A DNA stretch of 64,000 nt from an uncultured Spirochaetota bacterium. GTDB taxonomy: Bacteria; Spirochaetota; Brevinematia; Brevinematales; JAOACQ01. The stretch covers positions 1,408,001 to 1,472,000 of the forward strand of contig CAWIGG010000002.1 in NCBI GenBank assembly GCA_963835575.1, in the 5' to 3' direction. Under the pieces are notes generated by a model that ran no database searches, was not told the origin of the DNA, and saw nothing but the letters and a program-made list of their open reading frames with translations. Each line of letters opens with the position of its first letter. The first letter of the stretch is position 1. Made by a program: the position numbers and the translations under genes. Below, in pieces: positions 38,519-50,000 of this stretch.

Positions 38519-38652
38519 TTATTTGAATTCTTATCATAAATATAATATTATAAGACAGAAATGCTTTGACAGAGATTTCCAGGCGCACTACAATATTAAG
38601 CCATCTGATGCCCGGAAGATCAATCAGCTCCCTATTTAAAAAGGAGGTCCTT

Positions 38653-39342
38653 ATGGCCCGTAAAAGTCAAAAAGAAACAAAAACTTCTCTCAAGACCGGA
38701 GACAGCGACAATTCGGCAAACCTTCAGCCGATCGAACTGCCGAAACCCGGACCTGACAGGGGCAAATCAGTATTCAGCGCATTACAGCAGAGAAAAACCA
38801 TCCGTGAAATAAGTGAAAAAAAACTTCCCCTGCAGGTACTTTCAAATCTCCTCTGGGCGGCCAATGGAGTAAACCGCAGAAAAGACCCGTTTGGAATAGC
38901 CGGAAGAACGGCCGCGTCAGCCAGCAACTCACAGGAAATCGATCTTTATATGGCCGTTCAGGAAGGTGTTTTTTTATATGACGCGTTTCAGCACAGGCTG
39001 GCGCCGGTCTTGGCGGAAGACCTTCGGCGCCTGGCAATCGGAAAAGGCCAGCCGGATTTCGCGGCCGGTGCCCCGCTCCATATCATCTACGTCGCAGATG
39101 TGCATAAACTGACGCATACCTCCGGTTTTCAGGAACCCGGGCTGCATGATCCGGAAGTCCAGAAATCATATTATTACGTTGATACCGGTTTGATTGCGGG
39201 CAATATATATTTGTTTGCCGCTTCCCGGGGCCTCGCATCCTGGTTCCATAACTGCGACAGGTCCGGCCTGGCGGCAAAACTGAAACTGCGCAAAGACCAG
39301 CGTATACTCTTCGGGCAGACAGTCGGTTATCCGGCTGAATAG
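38653..39342 (+). CDS. Nitroreductase family protein (SagB/ThcOx-like)
   Basis: ALQQRKTIRE, LSNLLWAANG, RTAASASNSQEID, GQTVGYP; AAGGAGG RBS. Confidence 0.88.
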   Translation: MARKSQKETKTSLKTGDSDNSANLQPIELPKPGPDRGKSVFSALQQRKTIREISEKKLPLQVLSNLLWAANGVNRRKDPFGIAGRTAASASNSQEIDLYMAVQEGVFLYDAFQHRLAPVLAEDLRRLAIGKGQPDFAAGAPLHIIYVADVHKLTHTSGFQEPGLHDPEVQKSYYYVDTGLIAGNIYLFAASRGLASWFHNCDRSGLAAKLKLRKDQRILFGQTVGYPAE

Positions 39343-39534
39343 TAACTTAATATATTTATGACGCAGATTCAGATTTGCCGAAAGTAATGTTATTTTTACT
39401 ATTTACGGCGTTATTGTAACTTTTATCCCGTTAAGAAGGTATATATTGTATTGAATGCATTCAATAAGCTATAGTAGTTTTGATTTTCAATCCACCGGTT
39501 GAGGTGAGTGTTTAATCAAAAATGGAGGTTAATA

Positions 39535-40230
39535 ATGAAGTTAATGAAGGTTTATGGTGTAATTCTAATAGTTTTTTTCTTGTATATTGCAGTTTGTATT
39601 CATGGATATGCGGCCGCTGGCGATCAAACTTCAACCAATCAAACTACGGTTCAATTGCAGATCCTGCAGATTGACCAGCAGATACAAGGCTTAAAAAATG
39701 AAATACGGCAATTGGAAGGGAAAAAAAGATCGCTGTATAATCAGATCGAAGCGATCAAAACTCAGCGGCGTCTGGACCAGCTGAACGGCCGCCTGAGCGA
39801 TTTGTCCATTAAGCTCACAAATGCCCAGGCAAAAACCAACTCCGCGCAAATTCAGCAGCTGACATCCCGCCAAAGCCAGATAAACAGTGAAATCGGCTTT
39901 CTGACAGATATAAAAGGGCTCCTGGGACAATTGGCGGCCGCAAACCAGCAGATGGACACCAATCAGACCTCACTTTTGGAACAAAAGATCAAAAATGACC
40001 GTGAATCAATAAAAGCCCTGTTTCCGCCCGCCACCAATCAACCGCCGGCTGTAAAAACGGTAAATACCAATATTACACCGGCTGCGACTTCTGCGCAGGC
40101 GGACCCGGAAATTCAGCCTTTACTGGACCAGATAAAAGCCCTGGATGCTCAGATAAAACAGGACCTGGACCAGATAAAGAGCCTTCAGGAGCAAAAAAAA
40201 GCGCTGATCCAGCATTCTCATAAAAAATAA
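39535..40230 (+). CDS. Exported coiled-coil protein
   Basis: Signal peptide, Gln/Leu heptads, GGAGG RBS. Confidence 0.7.
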   Translation: MKLMKVYGVILIVFFLYIAVCIHGYAAAGDQTSTNQTTVQLQILQIDQQIQGLKNEIRQLEGKKRSLYNQIEAIKTQRRLDQLNGRLSDLSIKLTNAQAKTNSAQIQQLTSRQSQINSEIGFLTDIKGLLGQLAAANQQMDTNQTSLLEQKIKNDRESIKALFPPATNQPPAVKTVNTNITPAATSAQADPEIQPLLDQIKALDAQIKQDLDQIKSLQEQKKALIQHSHKK

Positions 40231-40252
40231 AATGATGTATGAAGGAGGATTT

Positions 40253-41179
40253 ATGAGATATAAATCTGCGAAGCTGCTATTAACAGGTTTTGCGTTCCTT
40301 TTGTACATTTCCTGCTCCGGCACGCCGGGAGACAATAAAAATTCAACTGCCGATACCACCGGGATCAATGAAATGGCAGATTCCGTTTTGAATCCCCAGA
40401 CCGGAATCGCAGGCGATATCAATGAACAGTCGGGGGCTTTGAGCGGCGGGCAGAATATGCAATTCAAAGCGCAATACAGCGGAGTTATCATGAAAGGGCT
40501 GCCCAGCCTGGATACAAAGGGCCGATGGCCCGTCTATAACGGGGGCATATTGAATGGTTTTACCAGCAGTTCGGATGGAGACGGTGTTTATTACCTCAGA
40601 GCGGTCAGTTCTCCCATGAGCTATTCAAACGCTTATTTTGAAGACAGCCTGGACTTTTTCACAGTCACCAACAGGTTTTACAGCACCCCTGACACAAACA
40701 GCATTTCGATCGCTTACAGCGGGAATATCTGGACAAATATCTGGAACGGAACGGTCCGGTCAATCCGCCATATCCGTACGCTTACCAATTATTACACCAA
40801 TCTGATAGTTACGGAAGACCGCCGGAGAGCTGTTTTCAGTAATTGGAGCCTGACAAATATTACGGTGGATACCGGCACTTCCAATTACTCCGCCGTACTT
40901 ACCGGTTCACGCACAGAAAGCATAACAGTTACCAATACTCTCCGGACCGGCAGTTGTACGATCAGCTATGTATTTAATAATTTGCTGTTGACCAGGCAGG
41001 GTTCCGCGGGCAATTACTACGCGGGGATATACGGGGATGTTACTTTCACACTGAACGGTACCTGGACTAATTACAGAGGGACCGTCAGGGCAATTGATGA
41101 AACAAAAACAATCAGTTTTCACAGCAACGGTACGTTAACGATCAATTGCGACGGCTCAACTTCAGTCACCAATTATTAA
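40253..41179 (+). CDS. Hypothetical beta-rich lipoprotein
   Basis: YISC lipobox; Thr/Asn-rich. Confidence 0.75.
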   Translation: MRYKSAKLLLTGFAFLLYISCSGTPGDNKNSTADTTGINEMADSVLNPQTGIAGDINEQSGALSGGQNMQFKAQYSGVIMKGLPSLDTKGRWPVYNGGILNGFTSSSDGDGVYYLRAVSSPMSYSNAYFEDSLDFFTVTNRFYSTPDTNSISIAYSGNIWTNIWNGTVRSIRHIRTLTNYYTNLIVTEDRRRAVFSNWSLTNITVDTGTSNYSAVLTGSRTESITVTNTLRTGSCTISYVFNNLLLTRQGSAGNYYAGIYGDVTFTLNGTWTNYRGTVRAIDETKTISFHSNGTLTINCDGSTSVTNY

Positions 41180-41213
41180 TTGGAATATTTTAGTATAAGT
41201 ATAGGAGGTTCAA

Positions 41214-41504
41214 ATGAAGAAACTTTTTGGTTTAATGGCGGTTGTGGCAGCGGTCACTTTAATGGTATCATTTGCCGAGGCGAAAAAACCTGTGCAGGAT
41301 GTAAGCGCAAGACGCCATCCTAATATAGCCGCGGCCCAGAAGCTGGCAGCGCAGGCTTATGAAAGAATCGTCATGGCCCAGAAAGCCAATGAATGGGATA
41401 TGGACGGCCATGCGCAGAAAGCAAAAGAGCTTTTAGACCAGGTCAATATTGAATTGAAACAGGCCGCGGAAGCGGCTAACAAAAACAGACCGGAAAAGAG
41501 ATAG
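41214..41504 (+). CDS. Small exported helical protein
   Basis: Signal peptide; RHPNIAAAQ...GHAQKAKELL; AGGAGG RBS. Confidence 0.75.
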   Translation: MKKLFGLMAVVAAVTLMVSFAEAKKPVQDVSARRHPNIAAAQKLAAQAYERIVMAQKANEWDMDGHAQKAKELLDQVNIELKQAAEAANKNRPEKR

Positions 41505-41547
41505 CTTAATTTTAATTCAATTGAATGGAAACCTTTTTTATGTCTCT

Positions 41548-41595
41548 GGGCTGTCTCACAGTTTGTGCAGGCTTTCTGTGGGACAGCCCGTTTTG
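41548..41595 (+). terminator. Hairpin with T-tail
   Basis: GGGCTGTCTCACAG / CTGTGGGACAGCCC followed by GTTTT. Confidence 0.5.
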
Positions 41596-41689
41596 TTTGT
41601 TTTGGTAAATATTAATCCTTTCAAATGTTTTTATTTTTTATTTCTATTAATTTTAATTCAGGGGATTCATATTTTATGAGAGGAATTTT

Positions 41690-42592
41690 ATGAAAAAATG
41701 TATTCTAACGGTTTTTATCATGCTGTCAAACCTGTTATTGATAACTTCTCTTTTTGCTCAAGATAATCTGATTACCAATTATACGGTTGAACTTCTGGTT
41801 GGGGACATCAGCGTCTCTCATAACGGCGGGAGTAATTGGATCAAGACATATGTCTATATGGAACTCTCGGAAAAAGACCTGATTAAAACCGGCCCGGATT
41901 CATACTGTGAGATTACCTTACCCAATGATAATGGAAGCATCCGTGTGATGGAAAATACAGTGGTTTCGATAGCTAAAAGCGGGCTGAATTTCAGATCAAA
42001 AGTCAGCATTGGAAAAGTATTGTTTGATATTATTAAAAAACTGGGAACAAAAGAAACTTTCGAGGTCGAGACGGAGACCGCCGTTGTAGCTGTCCGCGGT
42101 ACGGAGTTCTTCGTCGAGAGTGATGCGGAAACAGGAAGCTGCTCGGTCGTCCGCGGACAGGTGGCTGTAAAAAGAAATATCACTGTTAGAGAAAACGAAA
42201 GTTTCAGTAAAGAGGCTGAAGAAGCCTTTACCGCCAATGCCGGAGAAAATCAGCAGATAGAGTATACTAAAACTGAAAATAGAGAAATCATTTCTCAAAT
42301 CGAAAAAAATAAAGGGCGTCCGGATGAATTAAGAAAGATCCTGATTGACCAGAGGAAACTGGCCCTTACTAAACTCCATCCAATCAGGGAGAGGGAAAAG
42401 CTTTTTGCCATCCTGAAAAAACATCAGGATGAAAGAAAGACCATCATGCAAAGAAGGCCGCTGTTAAAACAAAAGCGTCTTGAGCAGTTAAAGCAGAAAA
42501 GGGCAAAGATCCTGAAAAGACAGGGGAACAGAAAAAAAATATCAGATGAAAAAAGACATCCCTTAAAAAAGAAATATAATGAAAAAGAATAA
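41690..42592 (+). CDS. FecR domain exported protein
   Basis: DLIKTGPDS, FEVETETAVVAVRGTEF, VVRGQV; basic coiled-coil tail. Confidence 0.85.
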   Translation: MKKCILTVFIMLSNLLLITSLFAQDNLITNYTVELLVGDISVSHNGGSNWIKTYVYMELSEKDLIKTGPDSYCEITLPNDNGSIRVMENTVVSIAKSGLNFRSKVSIGKVLFDIIKKLGTKETFEVETETAVVAVRGTEFFVESDAETGSCSVVRGQVAVKRNITVRENESFSKEAEEAFTANAGENQQIEYTKTENREIISQIEKNKGRPDELRKILIDQRKLALTKLHPIREREKLFAILKKHQDERKTIMQRRPLLKQKRLEQLKQKRAKILKRQGNRKKISDEKRHPLKKKYNEKE

Positions 42593-42672
42593 AGATAAAA
42601 TGTAATAAGGAATGGGCTATTTAAACAATTAAAGGGGCCGCCAAATGGAGGGTTTGGCGCTTATGAATTCTC

Positions 42673-43692
42673 TCAAACCGGCAGACATTCGATGATTGAT
42701 ACCCCTTTATTTCCTATAATCTTATTTAATTTAAAATTTGTCCGGTTTAACAGGCGCCCGAACTCCTCTTTTGTCCTTTCTTTACCGCCGGGGCACATGA
42801 CCATCATTTGTATGTCATTACTTATTCCGGAAAGATTATTTCTTGTTATGATATGATCAATAATTAATAATTTTCCTCCCGGTGAAATTGATTTCCTGCA
42901 GTTTTCCAAAATCCTTATTACTTTAGTGTCATCCCAGTCATGGAGGATCCTTTTTAAAATATAACAATCACCTCCTTTCGGAATATTTAAAAACATATCT
43001 CCCGGTTCGGATTTGATGTTGTTTCTTAATTTTGATATAGAAATATATATTTCCGCCTCTTTTACCACATCAATTAAATCATACAATACACCATGGCAAT
43101 TCCTATATTTTTCTATAATAGCTGTTAATAAAGAACCGTTTCCCCCGCCAATATCGACTATTTTACTAAATTTTGAAAAATCATATTCTTTCAATATCTT
43201 TGGAATTTCATAGTTTGTAAATATTCTCATGCTTTTATTAAATGCCTCTCCCGATTCAGGGTTTTTATTATAGTATTCAAATAAATCCATACCAAAGACC
43301 TTCAGAAAAGGGCTTTCTCCAGTTTTTACGGCATAAAGTAATTCACCCCATGGTTTCCAGTTCGCTTCTTCTCCCCTCATTATCGCAACCGGTCTGATTG
43401 AATCAGGATTATCTGAAATTAATAATTTCCCCTGTTTTGTTAAATGGAATTTATTATCTCTTTCTTCATATAAACCTATTCCTGCGAATGCTCTTAAAAT
43501 ACGATAAAGTGAATCCCTATGTGTTTTTGTCAATTCGGCCAACTCATCAACTGTTTTTTCACCATATTCCAAAAAATCCGAAATCCCCAAAACTGCCGCT
43601 ATATATAATAATTGATTTTCTCTATAAGCATGGAGCTTAAGCAGTAATATTCCTTTAACTAAAAATTTCGGCATCAATTTCCAGAATTTCAT
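42673..43692 (-). CDS. SAM-dependent O-methyltransferase (family 2 with dimerisation domain)
   Basis: IVDIGGGNG, GDMF, KRILHDWDD, GGKERT. Confidence 0.92.
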   Translation of the reverse strand: MKFWKLMPKFLVKGILLLKLHAYRENQLLYIAAVLGISDFLEYGEKTVDELAELTKTHRDSLYRILRAFAGIGLYEERDNKFHLTKQGKLLISDNPDSIRPVAIMRGEEANWKPWGELLYAVKTGESPFLKVFGMDLFEYYNKNPESGEAFNKSMRIFTNYEIPKILKEYDFSKFSKIVDIGGGNGSLLTAIIEKYRNCHGVLYDLIDVVKEAEIYISISKLRNNIKSEPGDMFLNIPKGGDCYILKRILHDWDDTKVIRILENCRKSISPGGKLLIIDHIITRNNLSGISNDIQMMVMCPGGKERTKEEFGRLLNRTNFKLNKIIGNKGVSIIECLPV

Positions 43693-43726
43693 AACAATCT
43701 CCTTATATTTAATTTTAATATCTGTA

Positions 43727-44362
43727 TCATAACCTTTTATAAATCTGCATCATGATTTTTTCAAAGCTGATCAAGCTTCCTTTTTCTAATCCAAGCGTTT
43801 TTTCAACCGAATCTATCCATGCGGAAACGCACTTTTCAAACTCCTCTCTTGTACGGTGAAACAAACCCGGATCAAAAAGAATATGAGATGTCACAAACAT
43901 TGACTCCGCGAATTCCTTCGGATATTCTGTTTTACAAATCCCCGATTCAATACCTTCCTCGATAAGCCGTGTATAGAAAGGCGTCAATTTCTGCGCCATA
44001 ACCGTCAGGATACGGGTGTGAATATCGGCAGATTGAATACTATGCAGGTAGCCTGAATTTTTCATATTTACACTTATTTCTGCCTTCGCCAGATTCTCCA
44101 GTTTTTGCTTCATGTCCCAATCCTGACGGTTCATACAGACTTCGGCATCCTTTATGATCTCATCTGTGTAACGGCCAATTATTGCGTTAATGACATCCTC
44201 TTTAGTTTTGAAATAATAATAGAATGTCCCCTGAGCAACGCCAATCTCTTTTACAATCTCACTGACCGAAGTCTGAATATATCCCTTTTCAATAAAAAGT
44301 CTCTGGGCAGTATCCAGAATTTCATTCTTTCTCACTTCCGGATCTTTCGTTGTCCTGGTCAT
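43727..44362 (-). CDS. TetR/AcrR regulator
   Basis: LFIEKGY..TSVSEI...GVAQGTFYYYFKTKE. Confidence 0.93.
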   Translation of the reverse strand: MTRTTKDPEVRKNEILDTAQRLFIEKGYIQTSVSEIVKEIGVAQGTFYYYFKTKEDVINAIIGRYTDEIIKDAEVCMNRQDWDMKQKLENLAKAEISVNMKNSGYLHSIQSADIHTRILTVMAQKLTPFYTRLIEEGIESGICKTEYPKEFAESMFVTSHILFDPGLFHRTREEFEKCVSAWIDSVEKTLGLEKGSLISFEKIMMQIYKRL

Positions 44363-44388
44363 GGGACCTCCTTTTATTCATAAAAAGA

Positions 44389-44856
44389 TTACCAGATTTT
44401 AGCGAAAATCGATAGAACTATAAGCGTTATTGGTATTATCAGATCTGTAAAAATTATCGCCGGGTTGCCGGGTTTATGATTTTTGTTTTTTAACAAATCC
44501 ATTATGTGGATTATGGCGGCTCCTATAATCATCGGGCAGAAAATCACGATGATGCCGATCCATAATACACTTTTGTACCAAATCGATAAAATTCCTGCAA
44601 ATGCCCAACCTATTTGAGATAACCCGAGTTCCTTCTGGAATAAATTTCCCCTTGGCCAGCCGTTTTTATCGGCAATCATATCTGATTTAAACACTTGACC
44701 GATAAAACATACCAGTCCTGACAAAGTCACAGTAACCGTTATTTGATAAAAAAGTAAATTATATGCTATTGACTGAACAGTTCTCAGTGACGGATCAATA
44801 ATAGTTGAAATAACCCCTGAAATGATCCCGATTAACCAGAAGGATAAAAAAATCAT
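44389..44856 (-). CDS. Small membrane protein (DUF6790-like)
   Basis: 4-5 TM, GWPRGNLFQKELG; start at ATG 44856 after AAGGAGG. Confidence 0.7.
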   Translation of the reverse strand: MIFLSFWLIGIISGVISTIIDPSLRTVQSIAYNLLFYQITVTVTLSGLVCFIGQVFKSDMIADKNGWPRGNLFQKELGLSQIGWAFAGILSIWYKSVLWIGIIVIFCPMIIGAAIIHIMDLLKNKNHKPGNPAIIFTDLIIPITLIVLSIFAKIW

Positions 44857-44873
44857 TGTCTTCCTCCTTATTA

Positions 44874-44925
44874 TGACTGACAATCAGTCAATAATATTAT
44901 AGCTCATTGACTGACAATCAGTCAA
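44874..44925 (-). promoter_or_regulatory. Two TetR-type operators TGACTGA-CAA-TCAGTCA overlapping a sigma70 promoter
   Basis: Copies at 44874-44890 and 44908-44924; minus strand TTGACT-18-TATAAT. Confidence 0.8.
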
Positions 44926-45360
44926 GTGTTTTTAAAAAATATTTTTATGATTAATAAATTTTATGGTATTATTATCAGAATGTTGTTAAGTATAGAATGG
45001 GAAAAGCCAAAAAAATATCCCTGTTTCCTGATTTTTATGCTAGAACACATACCGCAGTTTCCGGTATAATATTAATTACATGAAATATTAAAAGAGTCGT
45101 TTATTACTTCCCTATTGTGAAGATGATATGCCTAAAATAATTTTCAATTTAGGTAAACTAATACTTTTTATCGAAGTATCTTAATTTGTATATTCAGCCC
45201 ATCAGGCTATTTCTATTACATTGGTTACATAAGGCAAATTGTTTAATTGACATAACAAAACCCTGAAATTATAATTCTTCAATTACAGGAGTGATTACAT
45301 GAAAAAGGTGATTATTTCAATTTTACTTTGTATGTTTTCAATTGATTTTTACGGAGCAGC

Positions 45361-47035
45361 TTGCCTGTCGGTTATTTCATTTTCGGAGTCAAACCAGCCC
45401 CTTACAATAAGCGGGCAAATAAAAATTTTGTCAGCTTAGCTGATTTTAATAATAAATTTCGAATAATCGATACTCAGACTATACAAAATCCTCTCTATTT
45501 TCTCAAATATTGGGCATATTTCATAAAATTATGCGCAAGGGATACCCAGCATAGCTCCAAATTCACTTTCCGTTGACCTCTGTAAACTGTCTGAACATAA
45601 CCCTTCTGTGTTTTGATGTTTGAAAATACGTGTTCTTTACCTATCCTGCGGTTGTATATCTTTTGCCCTTCTTCGCTGTAAAGTTTTGTTAAATAAGCAT
45701 CAATCTTAGACCGATTATTCAATTCAAACTCACTGAAAATTACTGTCTTTTGCTGTGTTTTCGGTTTGATGTTTTTATAACACTCACTGAAAAATGGACA
45801 TCTTTCACAGCCCTTCCGTGAATACAAAAATGTATATCTTTGGTTATTTCGATCTAAATACCCATTTTCCTTACGGCCGCCCCGGCATCCCAGGATATAT
45901 TCGTCATCAATCTTTTCCAGTTTAAAGTCTCTTCGCTTCTGTGATTTATCACTGAAATCCCGCTCTTTCGTATCCACATAAAGGTCTTTTCCTTCCTCCA
46001 CCATCCGGATTGTCTCTTCCATGTCCTGAAAACCCGAATCAAAAAGGTATTTGCTAGCCTTATCAACTTTTAATTCCGCTTTTTTCTGTTCCACCCTCTT
46101 TACCATTTCTTCCGTATGCTGTTTTTCCGGTGTTGTGATTGCTTCAAAATCTATAATCACATCATTATTACTGACCATCATCGCCGAATTATATCCCTGT
46201 ATAAACACACTATGCGGATTTCCAGACATCAGCTTGCTTTCGGGATCAGTCAGGTTGGTGAATTCTTCGTCTGTCTTTTCCCCTCTCTCTACCTGTTTTT
46301 TGTATTCATCGATTTGGTTCAAAACACTATCGTAAATCTTTTTCCGCCTTGATACCCGCTTCTTCTCCGCTTCGTAATAAGGCTGCTCCAGCTTGCCTTC
46401 CCGGTAAGATTCTTCCAGTTCCAGGTCTTGTTTCACAATCTTTTCCGCCATCTTCTGGTAAGTGTCCATCAGCTTCCGGGTATGTTTCTTTCCCACATTC
46501 TTATTCTTACTCGCGTAGGCCTTGATCTTTGTGCCGTCACCCACTACCATGTCCCAATCTATAGACCCCATTTCGTTGAGTATATATAAAAGCTGGCTGA
46601 ACAACTCCTCGATCTTTTCCTGAAAAAGTACCTTGAACTCGCAAATTACCGAATGGTCAATTTTCAGCCGGTTTGAAACATACATAAACCCAATGTGTTT
46701 TTTCAGCAAATCTTCTATCTTTCGGCTGATACGATTTCCCGTAATGTAACCGTAGAGTACCGCACAGATCACATCCCGAGGATTTTTAATCTCTCTGCCT
46801 CTATGGTCGTTCTTATAGTAAGCCGCGAAATCCTCCAGTTTAATACGGTTTTTGATGAATTCTTTTAGTATAAATTCTCTGGAATTCTCATCAAACTGCT
46901 CGCCTATATTGATCGCGAGGAACTCACCCTGCTCCAGGCTGTTCTTTTCAAATCTTGCCATCTTTTTCTCCCGTTTTATTTTAACGGGAACCCTGCCGTA
47001 TGTCCATGAAGCATGTTATAAAAACCGACAGGCAA
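45361..47035 (-). mobile_element. IS1182-family insertion sequence (1675 bp)
   Basis: Terminal IR TTGCCTGTCGGTT(A/T)TT; 4-bp duplication CAGC at 45357-45360 and 47036-47039. Confidence 0.9.
45495..46961 (-). CDS. DDE transposase, IS1182-like
   Basis: LYGY..G..SRKIE, VGDGTKIKAYAS, NLTDPES, QGYN, FDSGF, EHVFSNIK, AHNF. Confidence 0.9.
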   Translation of the reverse strand: MARFEKNSLEQGEFLAINIGEQFDENSREFILKEFIKNRIKLEDFAAYYKNDHRGREIKNPRDVICAVLYGYITGNRISRKIEDLLKKHIGFMYVSNRLKIDHSVICEFKVLFQEKIEELFSQLLYILNEMGSIDWDMVVGDGTKIKAYASKNKNVGKKHTRKLMDTYQKMAEKIVKQDLELEESYREGKLEQPYYEAEKKRVSRRKKIYDSVLNQIDEYKKQVERGEKTDEEFTNLTDPESKLMSGNPHSVFIQGYNSAMMVSNNDVIIDFEAITTPEKQHTEEMVKRVEQKKAELKVDKASKYLFDSGFQDMEETIRMVEEGKDLYVDTKERDFSDKSQKRRDFKLEKIDDEYILGCRGGRKENGYLDRNNQRYTFLYSRKGCERCPFFSECYKNIKPKTQQKTVIFSEFELNNRSKIDAYLTKLYSEEGQKIYNRRIGKEHVFSNIKTQKGYVQTVYRGQRKVNLELCWVSLAHNFMKYAQYLRK

Positions 47036-50000
47036 CAGCGTAAAAAGAAATACTCGTCCTGCCGGTAATCACGAAGGAACGATTCAGCGGCTTACTTCTT
47101 CAGATGATACAAAACAAAATGGCGGATGAACTGGGAAAGTCAGGCTCGTTTAAAATAAATGAAAATCCGCTTTCAACTGCCATTCTTGAAAAATTAAAAT
47201 ATTCAGAATTTAATGCGGATAACTGCAATGAAATTTTCAAAAACTCCCCGGTTGATTTTGTATTATACAGTAAAGCGCTGACGGAGAAATCGGGCGGTAT
47301 TGATATGACCGGCTTGAAAATTAAAATTTATTCAAAGAAAAGCAGGGCCATAAAAATGGAATACAAATACAGCGCAGGCGGCCTGAATAACGAGAATGCA
47401 TTGGCGGAAAATATAGCGAAATATACCGCCGGCTATATCAAGGACCAATTGATCACGTCAAAAGAAAGCATAAAAAGCTATACTTCCTCTGATTTTATAT
47501 CTTCAATCTATGGAAATGACATTGAAAGGACCAGGATGATGCTGGAAGCAGGGGCGAACCCTGATGAACCTTACGATTCCCGTATGATCATGAGGAGAGA
47601 TGGAAAACCGGATGAAACAAAAATTATCAAGGAATACCTCGTGTTCTACATAATACAGAATGAAAAATTATCAACGGATGACAGAATAGAATTCATCCGG
47701 CTTTTTCATGAATTCAAGGCCGACTTTAACGTGATGAACTACAACAGCTATACTCCGCTCAACCTGCTGATGGAAAGTTATATCAAGATCAGCAATAAAA
47801 GTGAAATCATGCGGGAACTGCTGGACGCGGGCACGGACCCCAATATCACCAACAATGAAGGCCGGACGGCTCTTCAATCGGTGGTCAACAACTACGAAAA
47901 AAGGCCCATTGATGAAGTGACGAACATGGTAAAAACGCTCGTGGACCATGGCGCGGACATGAACATTTTTGATAAATACGGCACCTCCCCGTTGATGAAA
48001 GCGATTGAAGACGGCAATTTTACCGTGGTGGGAATGTTCCTGAAAAAAGGCGGAAAAAATAAACCTGCAGAACGCTGACGGATCCACGCCCCTATCATGC
48101 GCGGTATTTTTAAGGGACAATCCGCAGAAGTGGCTTGAGATGCTGAAGTTCCTGATCGATAACGGGGCGGGCATCAGCCTGACAAACGGCTATACGGTTC
48201 TTTCACAGGCCGTCGAGGATGACAAATATATTGACATAGTCAAATACCTCGTTTCAAAGGGCGTGGATATCAATATCGGCGATGATGACGGAATCACTTC
48301 CATGAACCTGGCAAAAGGGCATAAGAAAATCTACGAGTTTTTGAAAAGCAAAGGCGGCAGGATGTTTTCCTATGTGGTCCCCGCTGAAAATGATTCGCCG
48401 ATCTGCGCCGCGGTCCTCAATAAGGACATCAAATCGCTGGGTAAATTTCCTCTGAGCGATTATAAATCCATGCAGGCCAGGACATCGTTCGACGTGCCCG
48501 CGACCGTTCTGCACATCGCTGTGGAACAGAGAGACATCAATGTGATAAAGGCCCTCTGCGATCTCAAGGTGGACTGGAATGTTCCCGACCGCTATCACAG
48601 CTCCCCCTCTCTTCCTGGCCGTGATGGAAAACCGGGAAGACATAGCCAGCCTTCTCCTTCAAAACGGCGCCGATCCAGATGCTTATTATACCTATGGGAC
48701 TTCGCCCTTTACTTTCGCCGCGGGGAAGTATCCCGGGCTCCTGGAAATGCTTTTAAATTCGGGGAAAAAACCGTACAACAGCGATCCGATATACATCGCA
48801 GCGATGAACGGCAGACTGGATATGGTTAAGCGGCTCTATCCATTGTTTGAAAAAGGATTGAATACGAACATCATCGACTTTGCCGTGGATTCCGGCCGGA
48901 CGGAAATCGCCAGGTTTTTCACAAGTATGATGCCCGCCCTGCATGAAAAGGCGGACAGCCGGATAGCGAAAGCCGAAGCCAACAGGGTCCGTTTCCAGGA
49001 ATATGAGAAAATTAATTCATCCCCTTTGTCCGCTCCGAAAAAAACGGGAAATATTGCTGATAAAAAGGGATCGTTTCAATACATTCTGGAAGACCAGTCC
49101 CCTTATACCGCTGAAAAATTGAAACCGGAAATCATGAAAATACCGGTCGGAGTTTATGTTCCCAGGGATTATAATAAAGAAACGCCGTTCGGCCTGATGG
49201 TTTTTCTATCGTGGAATTACCCCGATAAAGAATACCGGAAAATACTGGATAAAAACCATATCCTGTGGATCGGGTTCGACTGCTATAAATAGAATACAAG
49301 CCGCTGTCCAGCGACCGCCGCCATGAAGTGTTCGCGCTCGCCATGGCTTATAACATGCTGGAATACTTCAACATCGATCCTTCGAGGATATATATTTCCG
49401 GCGCGTCATGGGGAGGACGGCTGTCAGGCAGAATAATATCCCGGTATCCCAATGTGTTTAAAGGGGCGATCGCCTCCGCGGGCTGCCAAAGAGACGACTG
49501 GGATGATGAAAAACAGCAGTACTGCGATTGCCTTTATCTGGCTCAAAAAAACACTGTCATGGTCACGACCGGGGATTATGACTATAACCGCCCGGAAGCA
49601 TATGCCATGTATGATTATTTCCTGGACAGGGATTTTCAAAATACTTATTATATCCAGGAACCCGGGAAATACCATGGCCCTCTGTCAGGCCCCTATTTTG
49701 AAAAAGCTGTCAACCTGCTGGGAATAAAAAAGAAGTAAAATATCAGTAAGGCCGAATGTATCCTGTTACTTTTTCGGAAGGCACTTATTTTTCTATTAGA
49801 GATTAGATTCTCTTTCATGAAAAATCGGGGTTTTTTAATGCATTATTAACAACAGGCGATTATAATTTTTTTCTGTCAGTTTTTTCTGATTATCATTTTT
49901 CCATAAAGGACTTTTAAGATACGTTTGATATCCGCCTGTTTTAGGATTTCCGTAAAACCTTTATAAAACTCGGAATTCCGGTAGTCATTCAGAATTTTCC

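Larger units (their letters stand above)
45299..49738 (+). pseudogene. Exported ankyrin-repeat / alpha-beta hydrolase protein, IS-interrupted and fragmented
   Basis: Signal peptide 45299-45360 continues in frame after the IS (TAA at 47041) into ORF 47104; frameshifts near 48057, 48605 and 49288; ANK motifs; RIYISGASWGG. Confidence 0.85.

Noticed and set aside
45361..47035. This IS as the mobiliser of the 204-bp MITE
   Set aside because: The terminal repeats differ (TTGCCTGTCGG vs GGGCAGTTC); only the 4-bp duplication length is shared.
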